Assembly (NCBI GenBank): GCA_021613535.1
Contig: CP075497.1
Coordinates: 12,524,001 to 12,588,000 of the forward strand
Direction of reading: 5' to 3'
Source of the DNA: Adineta vaga
Taxonomy: Eukaryota; Animalia; Rotifera
Length of the DNA: 64,000 nucleotides
Shown here piece by piece: positions 46,917-58,574 of this stretch (the first letter of the stretch is position 1; each line of letters begins with the position of its first letter). Under the pieces are notes generated by a model. The model was not told the origin of the DNA. It did no database searches and was given only the letters and a program-made list of their open reading frames with translations. Position numbers and translations under genes: made by a program.

Positions 46917-47127
46917 TTTTATGTCTGATAGTAAACTGTCAATGATTTATATAGGTGATATGAAACAATGAAGTTGACCGTCCGTTGCACATCGGCTAAT
47001 GACATTGATCTTTCTTTAGCTTTTCCTATAATCTGCTAATTGATATATCAAGAAATGACAAAACTATGTCAGCATTGTTCAAATAGGAAAAAAATCTATT
47101 TTATTAAAATAGAAACAAAAATGCATA

Positions 47128-48966
47128 TTAGTCTATAGAATATCGACGATTTGCAATGTTATTAAACATTATTTTACTTGATCTATTCGAAGAAATTGAT
47201 TCGAATTCAATTGCTTTTATATCAGGTTGATCTTTATGTTTTTTAAGTTTTAAAGCACGACATATTGAATTACAAACATGTGTTTGAAAGAATCGTTTAA
47301 TTCCTGGTTTACCCAAATTTGTACGTCCAAATCTCATTAAATCTGTTGAATGTATACATGGATCTGTTAATAAATAAGTTCGATCATCTCCAATATCCAT
47401 TCCTTGTAAATCCACAACCATCATATTTCCATTTGTACGTTCATAAGTCCAATGTGAAAATGCTTGTAATGTTAAAGCTGGATCATCTTGATTAACATAA
47501 CCAACATTATTTGAAAATTTCTTATAAGAACCAAAAATAAATCGTTCCATAGTAAAAAAATGATATTGTCCTTCATTAGGAGGATCTGAAACTAAAATTG
47601 TTGTAACAAATTTAATTTTTTTAACAATAACTGATGTATTAATTAAAAGAGAATATTTATTAAATTCTTGTGCAAGATGATCAGCAATTGTTTGACAATC
47701 TAATATTTCTAAATATTTATCTTTAATATTAAGAGAATTTCCAATAAATTTATATTGTTTAAAAACAACTTTTTCCCATCGATCTTTATATAAAACTAAA
47801 CCATAATAAGCTAAACGCATTGCTCCTTGTGCAAATGGATTTCGTGCAATTTTAATATTTCCTGTTTGTATCATTTGTTCACAACGTAATTCATTATTAC
47901 ATTCATATTTAAGAAATTTAACTTTTTTAGTTAAAATATTTGACCATTGTGGTTGTTTTTTATCAAAAATAATATTTCTTTGTGAATTAATTTTTAAACT
48001 TATATTTGAATGAATTGTATTATCATTATTTAATGAATATTTTTTTAAAACAGTTCTCGTTGCTTTGGCAATCGATTGTGAAACAATATGAACAGCAAAT
48101 GGTAATAAATTTTCACATTTTTCCAAATGAATTTGTTCAATATTCATTCGATTTTGTGAATAATTTATGAATTGTTCAATCATTTTATCTGTATAATGTG
48201 TTAAACGACCAAAGAAATATTTGATTTGTAAATCAATTAATTTCTGAATATGATGAGATCCAATAAGTCCATCATTATCATTTTGAATATAATCATCACA
48301 AACCTCGGCTAAATTATGATAACGTCGTCCATGTGATGGACAATCAGCAATATGCATTAAAACTCTTAATGGTTGTTTCCAACTAAGTCCAATGAGTTTT
48401 TCTAAACCACCAAGAACATCTTCACAAGCATCACCACCTTTTTCACATTTAACAGTTGATACAAATGAATGAAATGTTTCTTCATCAGTAAAATCTAAAA
48501 TACTAAATTGTTTTTCTGGACGTAAATCAACATCACGATAACCAACAAATGCTAAACGTATATTTAAATGTGAAAAACGTGATCTTAATAATTTAATTGT
48601 TTCAGATATTCGATCTTTAACTTCATCCGTATATTTTTGCATACTACTTGTACAATCCATTAGAAAACAAACATCAACCGATTGAGCTTTATTTAATTCT
48701 TTGATTATATCATGAATTTCTTTTGTTCGTTCGACAAGATGTTCTTTATATTTTTGTGCATCACGTTGTTTTTGTGAAATTGATGATAAACTAATGACAC
48801 TTTCTTTTTGTAAAAAATCACATTGCTTTTTTATTTGATTTAAACGATTAACTTCATTAATATTCTTTTTTTCAATACGTTCAATCGCATCTAATTGACG
48901 ACGAAGTGCAGCGATATTTAATAATGCTGTTTTTGGACGTGGTGATGAAGCAATATTCTTTTCCAT
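47128..48966 (-). CDS. vWA + alpha-kinase protein, copy 2, intronless
   Basis: Same architecture and motifs as copy 1 (DVCFLMDCTSSM; PFAQGAMRLAY; VVDLQG; HVCNSIC). Confidence 0.93.
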   Translation of the reverse strand: MEKNIASSPRPKTALLNIAALRRQLDAIERIEKKNINEVNRLNQIKKQCDFLQKESVISLSSISQKQRDAQKYKEHLVERTKEIHDIIKELNKAQSVDVCFLMDCTSSMQKYTDEVKDRISETIKLLRSRFSHLNIRLAFVGYRDVDLRPEKQFSILDFTDEETFHSFVSTVKCEKGGDACEDVLGGLEKLIGLSWKQPLRVLMHIADCPSHGRRYHNLAEVCDDYIQNDNDGLIGSHHIQKLIDLQIKYFFGRLTHYTDKMIEQFINYSQNRMNIEQIHLEKCENLLPFAVHIVSQSIAKATRTVLKKYSLNNDNTIHSNISLKINSQRNIIFDKKQPQWSNILTKKVKFLKYECNNELRCEQMIQTGNIKIARNPFAQGAMRLAYYGLVLYKDRWEKVVFKQYKFIGNSLNIKDKYLEILDCQTIADHLAQEFNKYSLLINTSVIVKKIKFVTTILVSDPPNEGQYHFFTMERFIFGSYKKFSNNVGYVNQDDPALTLQAFSHWTYERTNGNMMVVDLQGMDIGDDRTYLLTDPCIHSTDLMRFGRTNLGKPGIKRFFQTHVCNSICRALKLKKHKDQPDIKAIEFESISSNRSSKIMFNNIANRRYSID

Positions 48967-50914
48967 TAAAATAAATAAATAAATAATATTTATTATGAAA
49001 GAATGTTGAAAATTTGGAGAAATAAATCAATATATTTTAATTATAGATAAAAAAACAAACCTTAATTAAATATCGAAGACATGCATCGTTTTATTTTACT
49101 ATAATGATCATTCATGCATTGATTACTGGTCTTTTCATTATTGAAAAATATTCAAATTCTAATACAAAATCAAACGATTATAAATTTGATTTTAGAAGAA
49201 AATAAATATACGTGTAGACATATCACAAGGAATGAAATGCAGTTAAAATTCATACTATAATAAGGAAATCTGGATATATTTATTTATTTTTTTCATTCAT
49301 AGTCTTTGCTAAGTTGAATACACTGTCCTTCGGTTATGTCTGTATCCGTCTAAGTCTCTAACGGTCTCTTATAGTTTTCTATATTATTTAAATCTGAAAA
49401 AAACAATGAGCCCCTAGGAACAACTTGGAATTGACTGTTTTCGTAACTGATTTACTAAGGATCATGAGTGACTTGTAGTTAAACGAATAAAAATGGTTTT
49501 CGACACTAGTCCACTTTTTTTGTCGTGAAAGTCGAACTAAAATAAGATAAATGATCTAGAACATCAAGGTAAAAATGACGAGACATTTTTCAAAATCTGT
49601 TTGATTAAAAATTAATTATATGTTAATGATTGACCTCACCTTTTTGTCTATTAATCAAACAAAACAATTAAGAGTGGCTATATTTTGTGACATAGGATAG
49701 AACCCAAGAACGACATCCAATGAATAAAAAACACCGCGATTGACAGGATCGCTTTATTTTGAAAACTTTAGACTTGGATTGATTAAATATCGAGAATAAG
49801 AGTAACTAAAACATAAAGACCTCTATTTTCTTATTGATATTTTCATACCAGTTTGTATTACAATAGGACTATCAATCTAATATTCTGATTCTTTTTCATC
49901 TTACTAAATAAAATCTTTTCATAGTACATGCAACTTGAATTAATTTTGCAATCAATTCTAATTGAAAGATTTCGTCCTATTCGATCTCGATTGGTATCAG
50001 GATAACTCCAACATCATATTCTCCTACTGATTGGAAATCTGTGTTCTTCACACTACCGAATCTTTCGATGGCCTATTTCTCAAGGTCATTTGATAATATT
50101 GCATTTGCACAACATTTATATCTCTTCATATGATTTTCATATCACACTTTTGAAATACGAAAATTATTTGTCAGGATAGGAATATTTGATATCAATGAGG
50201 AATTAGTCCGACATTCTCGTCAAGTCGTTTATTATAGATGATGAAATAAAGTCCGACTATGTATGTGTTATAAACTTTGTTATAGAGGTTATCGATTAAA
50301 TTTATCACAAAATGAATGGACAATGATTATCGTGAAAGAGTAATTGAAAATTTTGAGGAAAAAAAATCAATATTTTAATATTAATTATGAATGACAGAAA
50401 ACTAATTAAATATCGAACACATACTTCTCTTTGACTTTTTTCATTTTATTTTAACTGTCAATTTAGATATTATTGATCGAATGATAATTTTAGTTGAAGA
50501 ATTATCAATCAAACACGGCGAGAAAAAAAGAAAATTAATTGATCGTAAAGATAATTTTAATGAAAAAAATATCTGTTTGGATTCATATAAATTGTATCTA
50601 ATATACTATCGATTGATGAGTTATGACACAATAACCGTTTCTTCATCATATGATTACATACAAAAATATTTTCAATAAGATGCAAAATATATTTATTAAC
50701 ATTCTATTGTAAATATAAGAAAAATGTATTTCTAATCGATAATTACTTGTATTCTATTTAATATTTGCAAATAAAATCGAAATAAACTAAATATAAAAAT
50801 AGAGTTAGTGATAAAAAAATATATATCTAATCAACTAAAAGAAAAGATTTCTCGATTATTTTCAGAAAAGAATAGAGTTTAATTTTTGGTTATAAACCAT
50901 TAGATAAATTTATA

Positions 50915-53068
50915 TCAATGTTTTGTGGACATTGAACCATTTATTGTTGATGCTTTTTTTTCGCTCAAATACGAATCGCGTTTTAAGGATGCTTTTGCTT
51001 CACTTAATTGTAGATCAAGTTTCGATGGTACTTTCGTTTCGTTCAAATATGAATCTTGTTTTGATAAGACTTTTGGTTCACTAAAATGCGAATTCTGTTT
51101 TAATGATGCTTTTGCTTCGGCCGAACACGAATCTTGTCTTGATAATACTTTTGCTTCGATGAACTGTGAATCAAGTTTTGATGATACTTTTGGTTCACTA
51201 AAATGCGAATTCTGTTTTAATGATGCTTTTACTTCGCTCAAATGCGAATCCTGTTTCGATGATAGTTTTGGTTCACTAGAATGCGAATCGTGTTTTGATG
51301 ATACTTTTGTTTTTGATTCTGATTGAATTTCATGCATTTTCAATTTTAATGCATGGCAAATGGCATTACATACATGTGTTTGAAAGAATCGTTTGATTCC
51401 TGGTTTACCGAGATTCGTTTTTCCAAATCTCAATAAATCAGTTGAATGAATACATGGATCTGTTAATAAATAAGTTTGATCATCTCCAATATCCATTCCT
51501 TGTAAATCCACAACCATCATATTTCCATTTGTACGTTCATAAGTCCAATGTGAAAATGCTTGTAATGTTAAAGCTGGATTATCTTGATTAACATAACCAG
51601 CATTATTTGAAAATTTCTTATATGCACCATCAATAAATCTTTCTATTGTAAAATAATGAGTTTTTCCTTCATTTAGAGGATCAAAAACTAATTTTGTCAT
51701 AATAAATTTAATTTTTTTTATTGAAACTGTTGGATCACGTAAAACGGATGATTTATTAAATTCTTGTGCAAGATGTTCGGCAATTGTTTGACAATCTAAT
51801 AATTGTAAATATTTTTCTTTAATATTTAAATCATTATTAATACGTTTATATTTTTTGAGAACAACTTTATCCCATTTATCTTTATTTTGCATTAAACCAA
51901 AATAAGCTAAACGCATAGCTCCTTCCGAAAAAGGTTTTTCAGCTATTTTAATGTTTGATGATTGAATAATTTCATCACAACGTAATTCATTATTACATTC
52001 ATATTTGATGACTTGCACTTTTTTAGGTGCGATAGATAACCAATCTGGTTCTTGTGAATCAAAACTTACTCGACTATGATTACTAGTCTTTGATGATATA
52101 CTATTCTTTGTATTATGAACATTTTCATCGACTATTGAATGACTTTTTAATAATGATGATGCTGTTTTGGAAATAGATCGTGAAATACTATCAACAATAA
52201 ATGGTAATAAATTTTCAAAATTTTTCAAATTAATTTGTTCAATTGTTGTTCTTTTTTGAGCATATTGACTAAACAGTTCAATCATTTTATCTGTATGAGA
52301 TGTTAAACGTCCAAAGAAATATTTTATATCTAATTCAATAAATTTTTCAATGTAACTTTGTCCAATTGATCCATCAGCATCATGTGATAAATAATGATCT
52401 TTATTTTCTGATAAATTATGATAACGTCGTCCATGTGATGGACAATCAGCGACATGTATTAAAATTCGTACAGGTTGATTCCATTGAAGATTTGTAACCT
52501 TTTCTAAACCACCAAGAACATCTTCACAAGCATCACCACCAAATTGACATTTAACCATTGAAACAAATGAATGAAATGTTTCTTCATCAGTAAAATCTAA
52601 AATACTAAATTGTTTCTCTTCAGGTAAATTTAAATCTCGATATCCGACAAATGCCAAACGAATATTTAAATGTGGAAAACGTGATTTTAATAATTTAACA
52701 GTTTCAAATATTCGATCTTTAACTTCATTAATATATTTTTGCATACTATTCGTACAATCCATTAGAAAACAAACATCAACTGATTCACTATCTTGCAATG
52801 CTTTCATCATTTGACTGATTTCTTTGGTACGTTTAAGAACAAATTGAAGATGTTCTTGAGCATCGACTTGTTTTTGTGAAATTGCTGATAATTTTTCTAT
52901 ACTTTCTTTTTGTAAAACATCACATTGTTTCTTTATTTCATCTAATCGACTATTTTCACTCTGATTTTGTTTTTCATAACGTTCTATTGCATCTAATTGA
53001 CGACGAAGCGTATCTATATCAGAAAAGGTACTAGCTGAATGATGAGATGATGAAGATTTCTTCTCCAT
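50915..53068 (-). CDS. vWA + alpha-kinase protein, copy 3, with a C-terminal Ser/Lys repeat tail
   Basis: Same motifs as copies 1 and 2. First ATG at 53068 (MEKK, compare MEKN in copy 2). Extra repeat tail. Confidence 0.93.
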   Translation of the reverse strand: MEKKSSSSHHSASTFSDIDTLRRQLDAIERYEKQNQSENSRLDEIKKQCDVLQKESIEKLSAISQKQVDAQEHLQFVLKRTKEISQMMKALQDSESVDVCFLMDCTNSMQKYINEVKDRIFETVKLLKSRFPHLNIRLAFVGYRDLNLPEEKQFSILDFTDEETFHSFVSMVKCQFGGDACEDVLGGLEKVTNLQWNQPVRILIHVADCPSHGRRYHNLSENKDHYLSHDADGSIGQSYIEKFIELDIKYFFGRLTSHTDKMIELFSQYAQKRTTIEQINLKNFENLLPFIVDSISRSISKTASSLLKSHSIVDENVHNTKNSISSKTSNHSRVSFDSQEPDWLSIAPKKVQVIKYECNNELRCDEIIQSSNIKIAEKPFSEGAMRLAYFGLMQNKDKWDKVVLKKYKRINNDLNIKEKYLQLLDCQTIAEHLAQEFNKSSVLRDPTVSIKKIKFIMTKLVFDPLNEGKTHYFTIERFIDGAYKKFSNNAGYVNQDNPALTLQAFSHWTYERTNGNMMVVDLQGMDIGDDQTYLLTDPCIHSTDLLRFGKTNLGKPGIKRFFQTHVCNAICHALKLKMHEIQSESKTKVSSKHDSHSSEPKLSSKQDSHLSEVKASLKQNSHFSEPKVSSKLDSQFIEAKVLSRQDSCSAEAKASLKQNSHFSEPKVLSKQDSYLNETKVPSKLDLQLSEAKASLKRDSYLSEKKASTINGSMSTKH
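50957..51307 (-). repeat. Coding tandem repeat, 9 x 39 bp (13 aa, consensus KVSSKQDSHFSEP)
   Basis: KVSSKHDSHSSEP KLSSKQDSHLSEV KASLKQNSHFSEP KVSSKLDSQFIEA KVLSRQDSCSAEA KASLKQNSHFSEP KVLSKQDSYLNET KVPSKLDLQLSEA KASLKRDSYLSEK. Confidence 0.9.
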
Positions 53069-53849
53069 TTGTTTCTTTGTTTTATGCAAAACAACTTGCT
53101 TCAAGCTAAAGAAAAAAATATATTTTAAGGTAATAACCGTTTGTTGTTATGAAAGAATATAACACTGTCTATATAAATAATCGTCGCGAGCAAAATAACG
53201 AAATCTATTTTCAATATTAAAAATAAAGATGTATCGAAGAAAACAAGAAAACCCTTTTTTTTATCTCATTCGTAACGAAACTGTGATTGATCGATTCAGG
53301 TATTTGATATAGTTTGATCACATGTCAACATTCTCTATCTACCTTCAAACTTATATTACCTGAGTATGTCTGTTTCTTGTTATTTACCGTTATGGTTTGA
53401 ATAGTTATAACGATCATATGTTTAGGTGTACCAGATGATTTCTGTTTTGAAAAAAAAAGCAAAGACAAATATGTCATTTAGAACATAAAAGGTATTCAAT
53501 AGAGTTTACATTTAAATCTGAGAAAAGAATAACGTACAAGGCTGAATGAGGGTAAGAATGTGTCTATAAACACTTTAAAGAAGATTAATATCTTTCGTTT
53601 CAAACAGACTGAAAATAATTATCTATTTAAACGGACAGATGATTTCTGTTTTTCATAAAAAAATAAAAGAAAGTATTCAATAGAATTTCTATATGTATAT
53701 TCTTTTATTAAAATACTACAAATTTATAATAATAAAAAAAACTGTTCTCGTGATTAACAATATAAACACATAGTGATACACAAAACAAGAAAAGATATAC
53801 TCGAAAAAACACCGGATCCGAATTCAATAAGCATTTATTAGTTTTTGTT

Positions 53850-56309
53850 TTTTAAACTTGAATTTTTCATATTGTTTTAAGGCTGTTATGAATTGTTATT
53901 ATGATTTGAAAATATTTGAGTGCATATTTAATTATCATCATCTAAATAGAAAAGAATTTTAATAATAATTTAAATAGAGTATTTACTTATTAAATTCTTA
54001 CTTTGTTGATTCATATTCGTTGTTGATATTGCTTGACTATTTGTATTCGGTTTATCACCTAAAAATATGGATTTTTTTCTTTTTAAAAGATAGTGCATAA
54101 AATCTGCGTTATTTACCTTCCATAAAATTGAAAACTTCCCGTTGGGTACCTTGGATAGGTAATGCAGCAGATAGATCATCACCATTTTTTTCAACGAAGT
54201 CGCATTCCACAGAGAAACGATTAGCATCCATGTTAAATAATCGAAAACGAGGATTATCACCAGGTATATAACAAGTAACTTGTTTAACAAATATTCAAAG
54301 ATAAAAAACAATTATATTGGAGAATTTTGACACAAAAAAATCTTTACCTGTACGAAAATTATTACTCAACTCTTGACGAAAAGAGAATACTGGAAAGAGT
54401 TGATTTTGTTGTATTTCATCCCATTTTGGTCGACAAACAGTAAAATAAATGCTAAATAAATAAATATTTTATATATAATAATGATAATCAATTAATTATT
54501 CGCATATTTATATATTCTTTTATCGAATAACTTTTATAAGAAAAACCTAAACTGAATCTGAAAATGTTTTCAGAACTGACAAGTAAATTTTCTCTAAAGA
54601 TTTTTATAATTTTATTTATTCTTGATTGTCATTGTATTGCTATTAGAATTTTAAATAACTAACTCATATAATTATTATACACTTGTATTTTACAACTTAC
54701 TCCTGTTGTGGTTTCTGAACTGAAATAAAAAGCACGTTTCCTTTTACTTCTGATGTAAATTGATAAAAGATGCTCGATTCTTCATTCATTTTCAAGGATA
54801 ATTTCAACAATAAATTATTTCTATTAAGTATTGGAAATAATTCTTCTTATATCTAAAAGTAAATATATATAAATAGTGAAGGAAGAAATGTATTTTTTAT
54901 CTGCATACTGTCCAATTAGAAACACATCGACATTCACCATTATCGTTGAAATACAGAACTTCAGTTGATGGATTTGTGTTGTTCATATTCATTGAACGTC
55001 TATCAATCGTTTGATTTGTATATGTTGAATCAGATGAAAACCAAATGAAAAGATTTGGCCTGTTTAGATTATATTTTGTAACCCCTTCTCGACAACGGCA
55101 ATTTGGAGAAATTAAATCACCTGAAACATATGAACTATATAATAATATTGAAGAAAGCAAAACAAGAATTATGCAATGCTACATCTTTGAGAATTTCTTT
55201 TGTCACTTAAATATGAAAAATAAACATACCAGATGGAAAAGTTGGAATTTCTTTCATAGTAGTTCGTTCCTTTCTGCTTTCTCCTTGTTTATTTGTTTGT
55301 TGAGGTAATAACATCATTTTTAGATCAACAAAGCTAAAAATATAACAATCAATTATTTTTTGCATATAGATGAAATGAACAATAGAAAATCCTTACTTAT
55401 TATCGTTATGATCAGATGATAATGAACGACTTAATACTATTTGACATGTCTTATTATCATCAAGTAATTGATACAAACTAGGATGAAATCCATCTTGAGA
55501 TGAAGATATCAATTGTATTATCTTACCTGTATTATCACGAAATTTTCTTTTAATCTCTTCTATAATTTTAGCTGGGTCAGTTTCGGTCTCTGAAAAAGCA
55601 AAGAGAAAAAGTAAATCTTCTATAAACTAAAATGAAACTATTACTGAATCTTTTCGTTGATGAAGTTGTTTGTTGATTTTCGTCAAGTTGTGAAGGCAAA
55701 CTTTCACCATGTCTACCAAGGAAATTATTCGGAGCTAGTGCCACTTGACTATTGTTATCTAAAATTTCCAAAAGTTGACAAACTGAATTATTATTCTAAT
55801 GAAAGACTTTTTACTTAATTGATTGTCATTGTTCAATATACGACGAGATACTAAACAAATATTATAATATAGTTATCTTCTATTGAAAATATATTTAAGA
55901 TTCCTAACCATTTGCTGACCTGTTTAGGTCTGTTTGATTGATGTTTGTTTCGGAAATATTTTGTGATACACGTTGTGGAAGAAACTCCATAGGTAATTGT
56001 CGCATTTCAGTTACTTGCTTCGTTAATTCAATCATTTGTACATTCATTTGATTAACTTGATTTTTTAAATCCATTAGAGTTTGTTTATCTTTATCATTAT
56101 TTAATAAGAAATCTTCCGATGGGAAATCAGGCAATATATCAGAAAAATCTGTCGATGCATCAGAACTAACTAAATATTCATTGTAGATTTATTTTTCAAT
56201 ACTTTTTCTATTTTCTTTGATATTTACTGAGTTCTAATGGCTGTGTCAATGGATATGAAGACGAAGCGATGTTACTAAGATAGTTTCCTCGATGTTGTTG
56301 AGTATTCAT
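53850..56309 (-). pseudogene. Unidentified multi-exon gene, probably degenerate
   Basis: A series of GT-AG-bounded coding-like segments (MNTQQHRGN.., PDFPSEDFLL..coiled coil, YFTVCRPKWDEIQ.., YLLHYLSKVPNGKFSILWK) with apparent frameshifts near 55.6 kb. No family recognised. Confidence 0.35.
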
Positions 56310-56929
56310 TGTTACTAAACTATAATAAATCCAAAATATAAGTATATTTCAATCGAAATTATACATACAAGTTAATTTTTATGTGTTTAGATTGACAAGA
56401 CAAATGATTTTAAGAAATTATGGCGAATAAAATGTTTTAAAGACAATCTTATATGTTAAGATTCTCGTATAGAATGAAAACATATCAAGCCAGCATATCT
56501 ATACATAGATTTGGCTTATAACTTTTTCCATGGAAAAAAACAAACCAATAAGAAAGAAATCTATTATTATGTGTAGATGTCAGTATATATTATTAATAAA
56601 TCGAACTATTTGATGTTATTTTAAAACAATGTGATCACACTTTTTTTTCTTATTTCTTATTTCACTCGACACTTCCATTGATTCAATCTATTATTTTTTA
56701 TGAACAAATATTGATTGAGATGATCTAACTGATTACGACTAAAGGAGATAATTTTCTTTTCTTTCGACCAAAAAATAAATATTATTAACAAAGTTGTCTT
56801 TCCACCTGTTGTAAATATGATAAAAAATCGTTGATTTTTCTTTTATTTAAATAATACGTGTTCTCTTTATCAAGTATATCTAACAAGAAAGATAAGAAAA
56901 TTTTCGTTTTCTTTTTCTTTTATTTTGTA

Positions 56930-57729
56930 ATGTCTTTGTATCGAGTATCAACAATTCCTATTGATCATATTAAAGTTTTTCGACAACAATCAGAATCACC
57001 TGAAATTCCATCGACTCCGAGTTATGGAATCGATTCTCCCTTGGGTTTAATAGCATCACTTTGGTCTGCTCCACTTTATTTGTATGCAACATTAAGTGGC
57101 AAATTTCAAGTTTGGGAGGAATTATTAAAAAATATAATCAAAGATATTAATCTAAATGAACCATGCTTAGATTGCGGTTGTGGAAGAGGAATGGTTCTTT
57201 TAATGATTGCTCGTTTGAAAAAAGAATTCAGACTCGAAAATGATCGCGGGTAAAGTTTTTCTTTTAAATATATGAAAAAAAACTAATTTTTAAAAAAAAT
57301 AGATCAATATCACCAGTTTATGGTATTGATATATTTAATAGTCTTGATCAAACTTCAAATTCACCAATATCAACATGTCGAAATGTTGCTTCTACCAATT
57401 TATTAGATTGTGTCGTTTTACATACTGGTACTTTTCTTGATTTACCTTTTGTAGATGATTCATTTACATTGGTAACTTCTTCGTTAGCAATTCATAATGT
57501 ATCGAATTCAAATGAAAAACAACGAGCAATAAGAGAATGTGCACGAGTAACAAAACCAAATGGTTGGTTATTAATTGTTGATTTGAAAGGAAATGTTGGT
57601 CTCTATGAAAATACATTAAGAGAACTTGGATGGAAATCAATTGAACGAAAATGGGCTGGAATGAAAATGATGTTTGGAATTTGGCCATGTGAAATACTTA
57701 AAGCTCAAAAACCGATAGAATTATCTTGA
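56930..57729 (+). CDS. Class I SAM-dependent methyltransferase, microbial/fungal-like; 2 exons
   Basis: Intron 57250-57302. SYGIDSP, YLYATLSGKFQVW, motif I LDCGCGRG, YGIDIFNSLDQTSN, LPFVDDSFTLVTSSLAIHNV, ECARVTKPNGWLLIVD. Confidence 0.88.
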
Positions 57730-57969
57730 TTTTTGAATTTTTGCTTTTTCATTAAAGAATATTTGTCTTAGATATATTATACCCCGCGGTCTATAATAAG
57801 CAAAAGACTACCAGTACTTAATAGATAACTATACAGAATGAAGAAGATCAATCGGTTTATTTCTTGTTCAACCTTGATCATTGATTAAGAACATCTATTT
57901 ATGCTAAAATAGAAAATGAAATTGTATTTGAATCATTAGAGTTTTCGATGTTTTTTTTAATAAATTGGT

Positions 57970-58095
57970 AAATCAAATTTATTTAGAAAATTTGGATAAT
58001 TTATTAACATTTGCTGTTCATATTGTAACACAATCAATTGTAAAAGCAACAACAGCAACTGTATTAAAAAGATATTCATTAAATAATGAAAATTC
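57970..58095 (+). pseudogene. Inverted fragment of a vWA-alpha-kinase gene
   Basis: NQIYLENLDNLLTFAVHIVTQSIVKATTATVLKRYSLNNEN versus copy 2 EQIHLEKCENLLPFAVHIVSQSIAKATRTVLKKYSLNNDN. Confidence 0.8.
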
Positions 58096-58574
58096 ATTTA
58101 ATTCATGTAGATCATCCAGTGATTCTAGTAATTCCATATGTTGCATGTACTATTGTCTTTAAAAAAACACAAAACGCTGTAACGATTCATATTTTATTCT
58201 ATAACTTGTCCATGACTTTCTCGAAGATGTGTTAGTCGAAGTAGAGTGACATCTATTCAGTATATATAATAAAATAAAAATGAGAAAAGAATAGAAAATT
58301 TTCAGAATAAAATTATTTTAAAAATACATAAATTAAAATCAAATAAATAATTCTATTGACGAATTTTAATGATGTTGATTAATATTAACTTTCACTTCAA
58401 AATAAAATCAAATTCGTTGTTCTGTTCTTGTCATTATCTGAATTTAAAAATTCTTCTTTTTAATAATGAATCTATTTATCTCTAGAATATGTACATATTT
58501 TAACTTCAAATTACAGGAAATTAATATAATTTCCAAGATTTTATAGTTGATTATCTCTATAGATTGATATAATA

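Noticed and set aside
50925-51326. 133-aa repetitive plus-strand ORF; possible CRISPR-like array
   Set aside because: It is the antisense of the kinase's coding repeat. The units are contiguous with no unique spacers, in a eukaryotic context.
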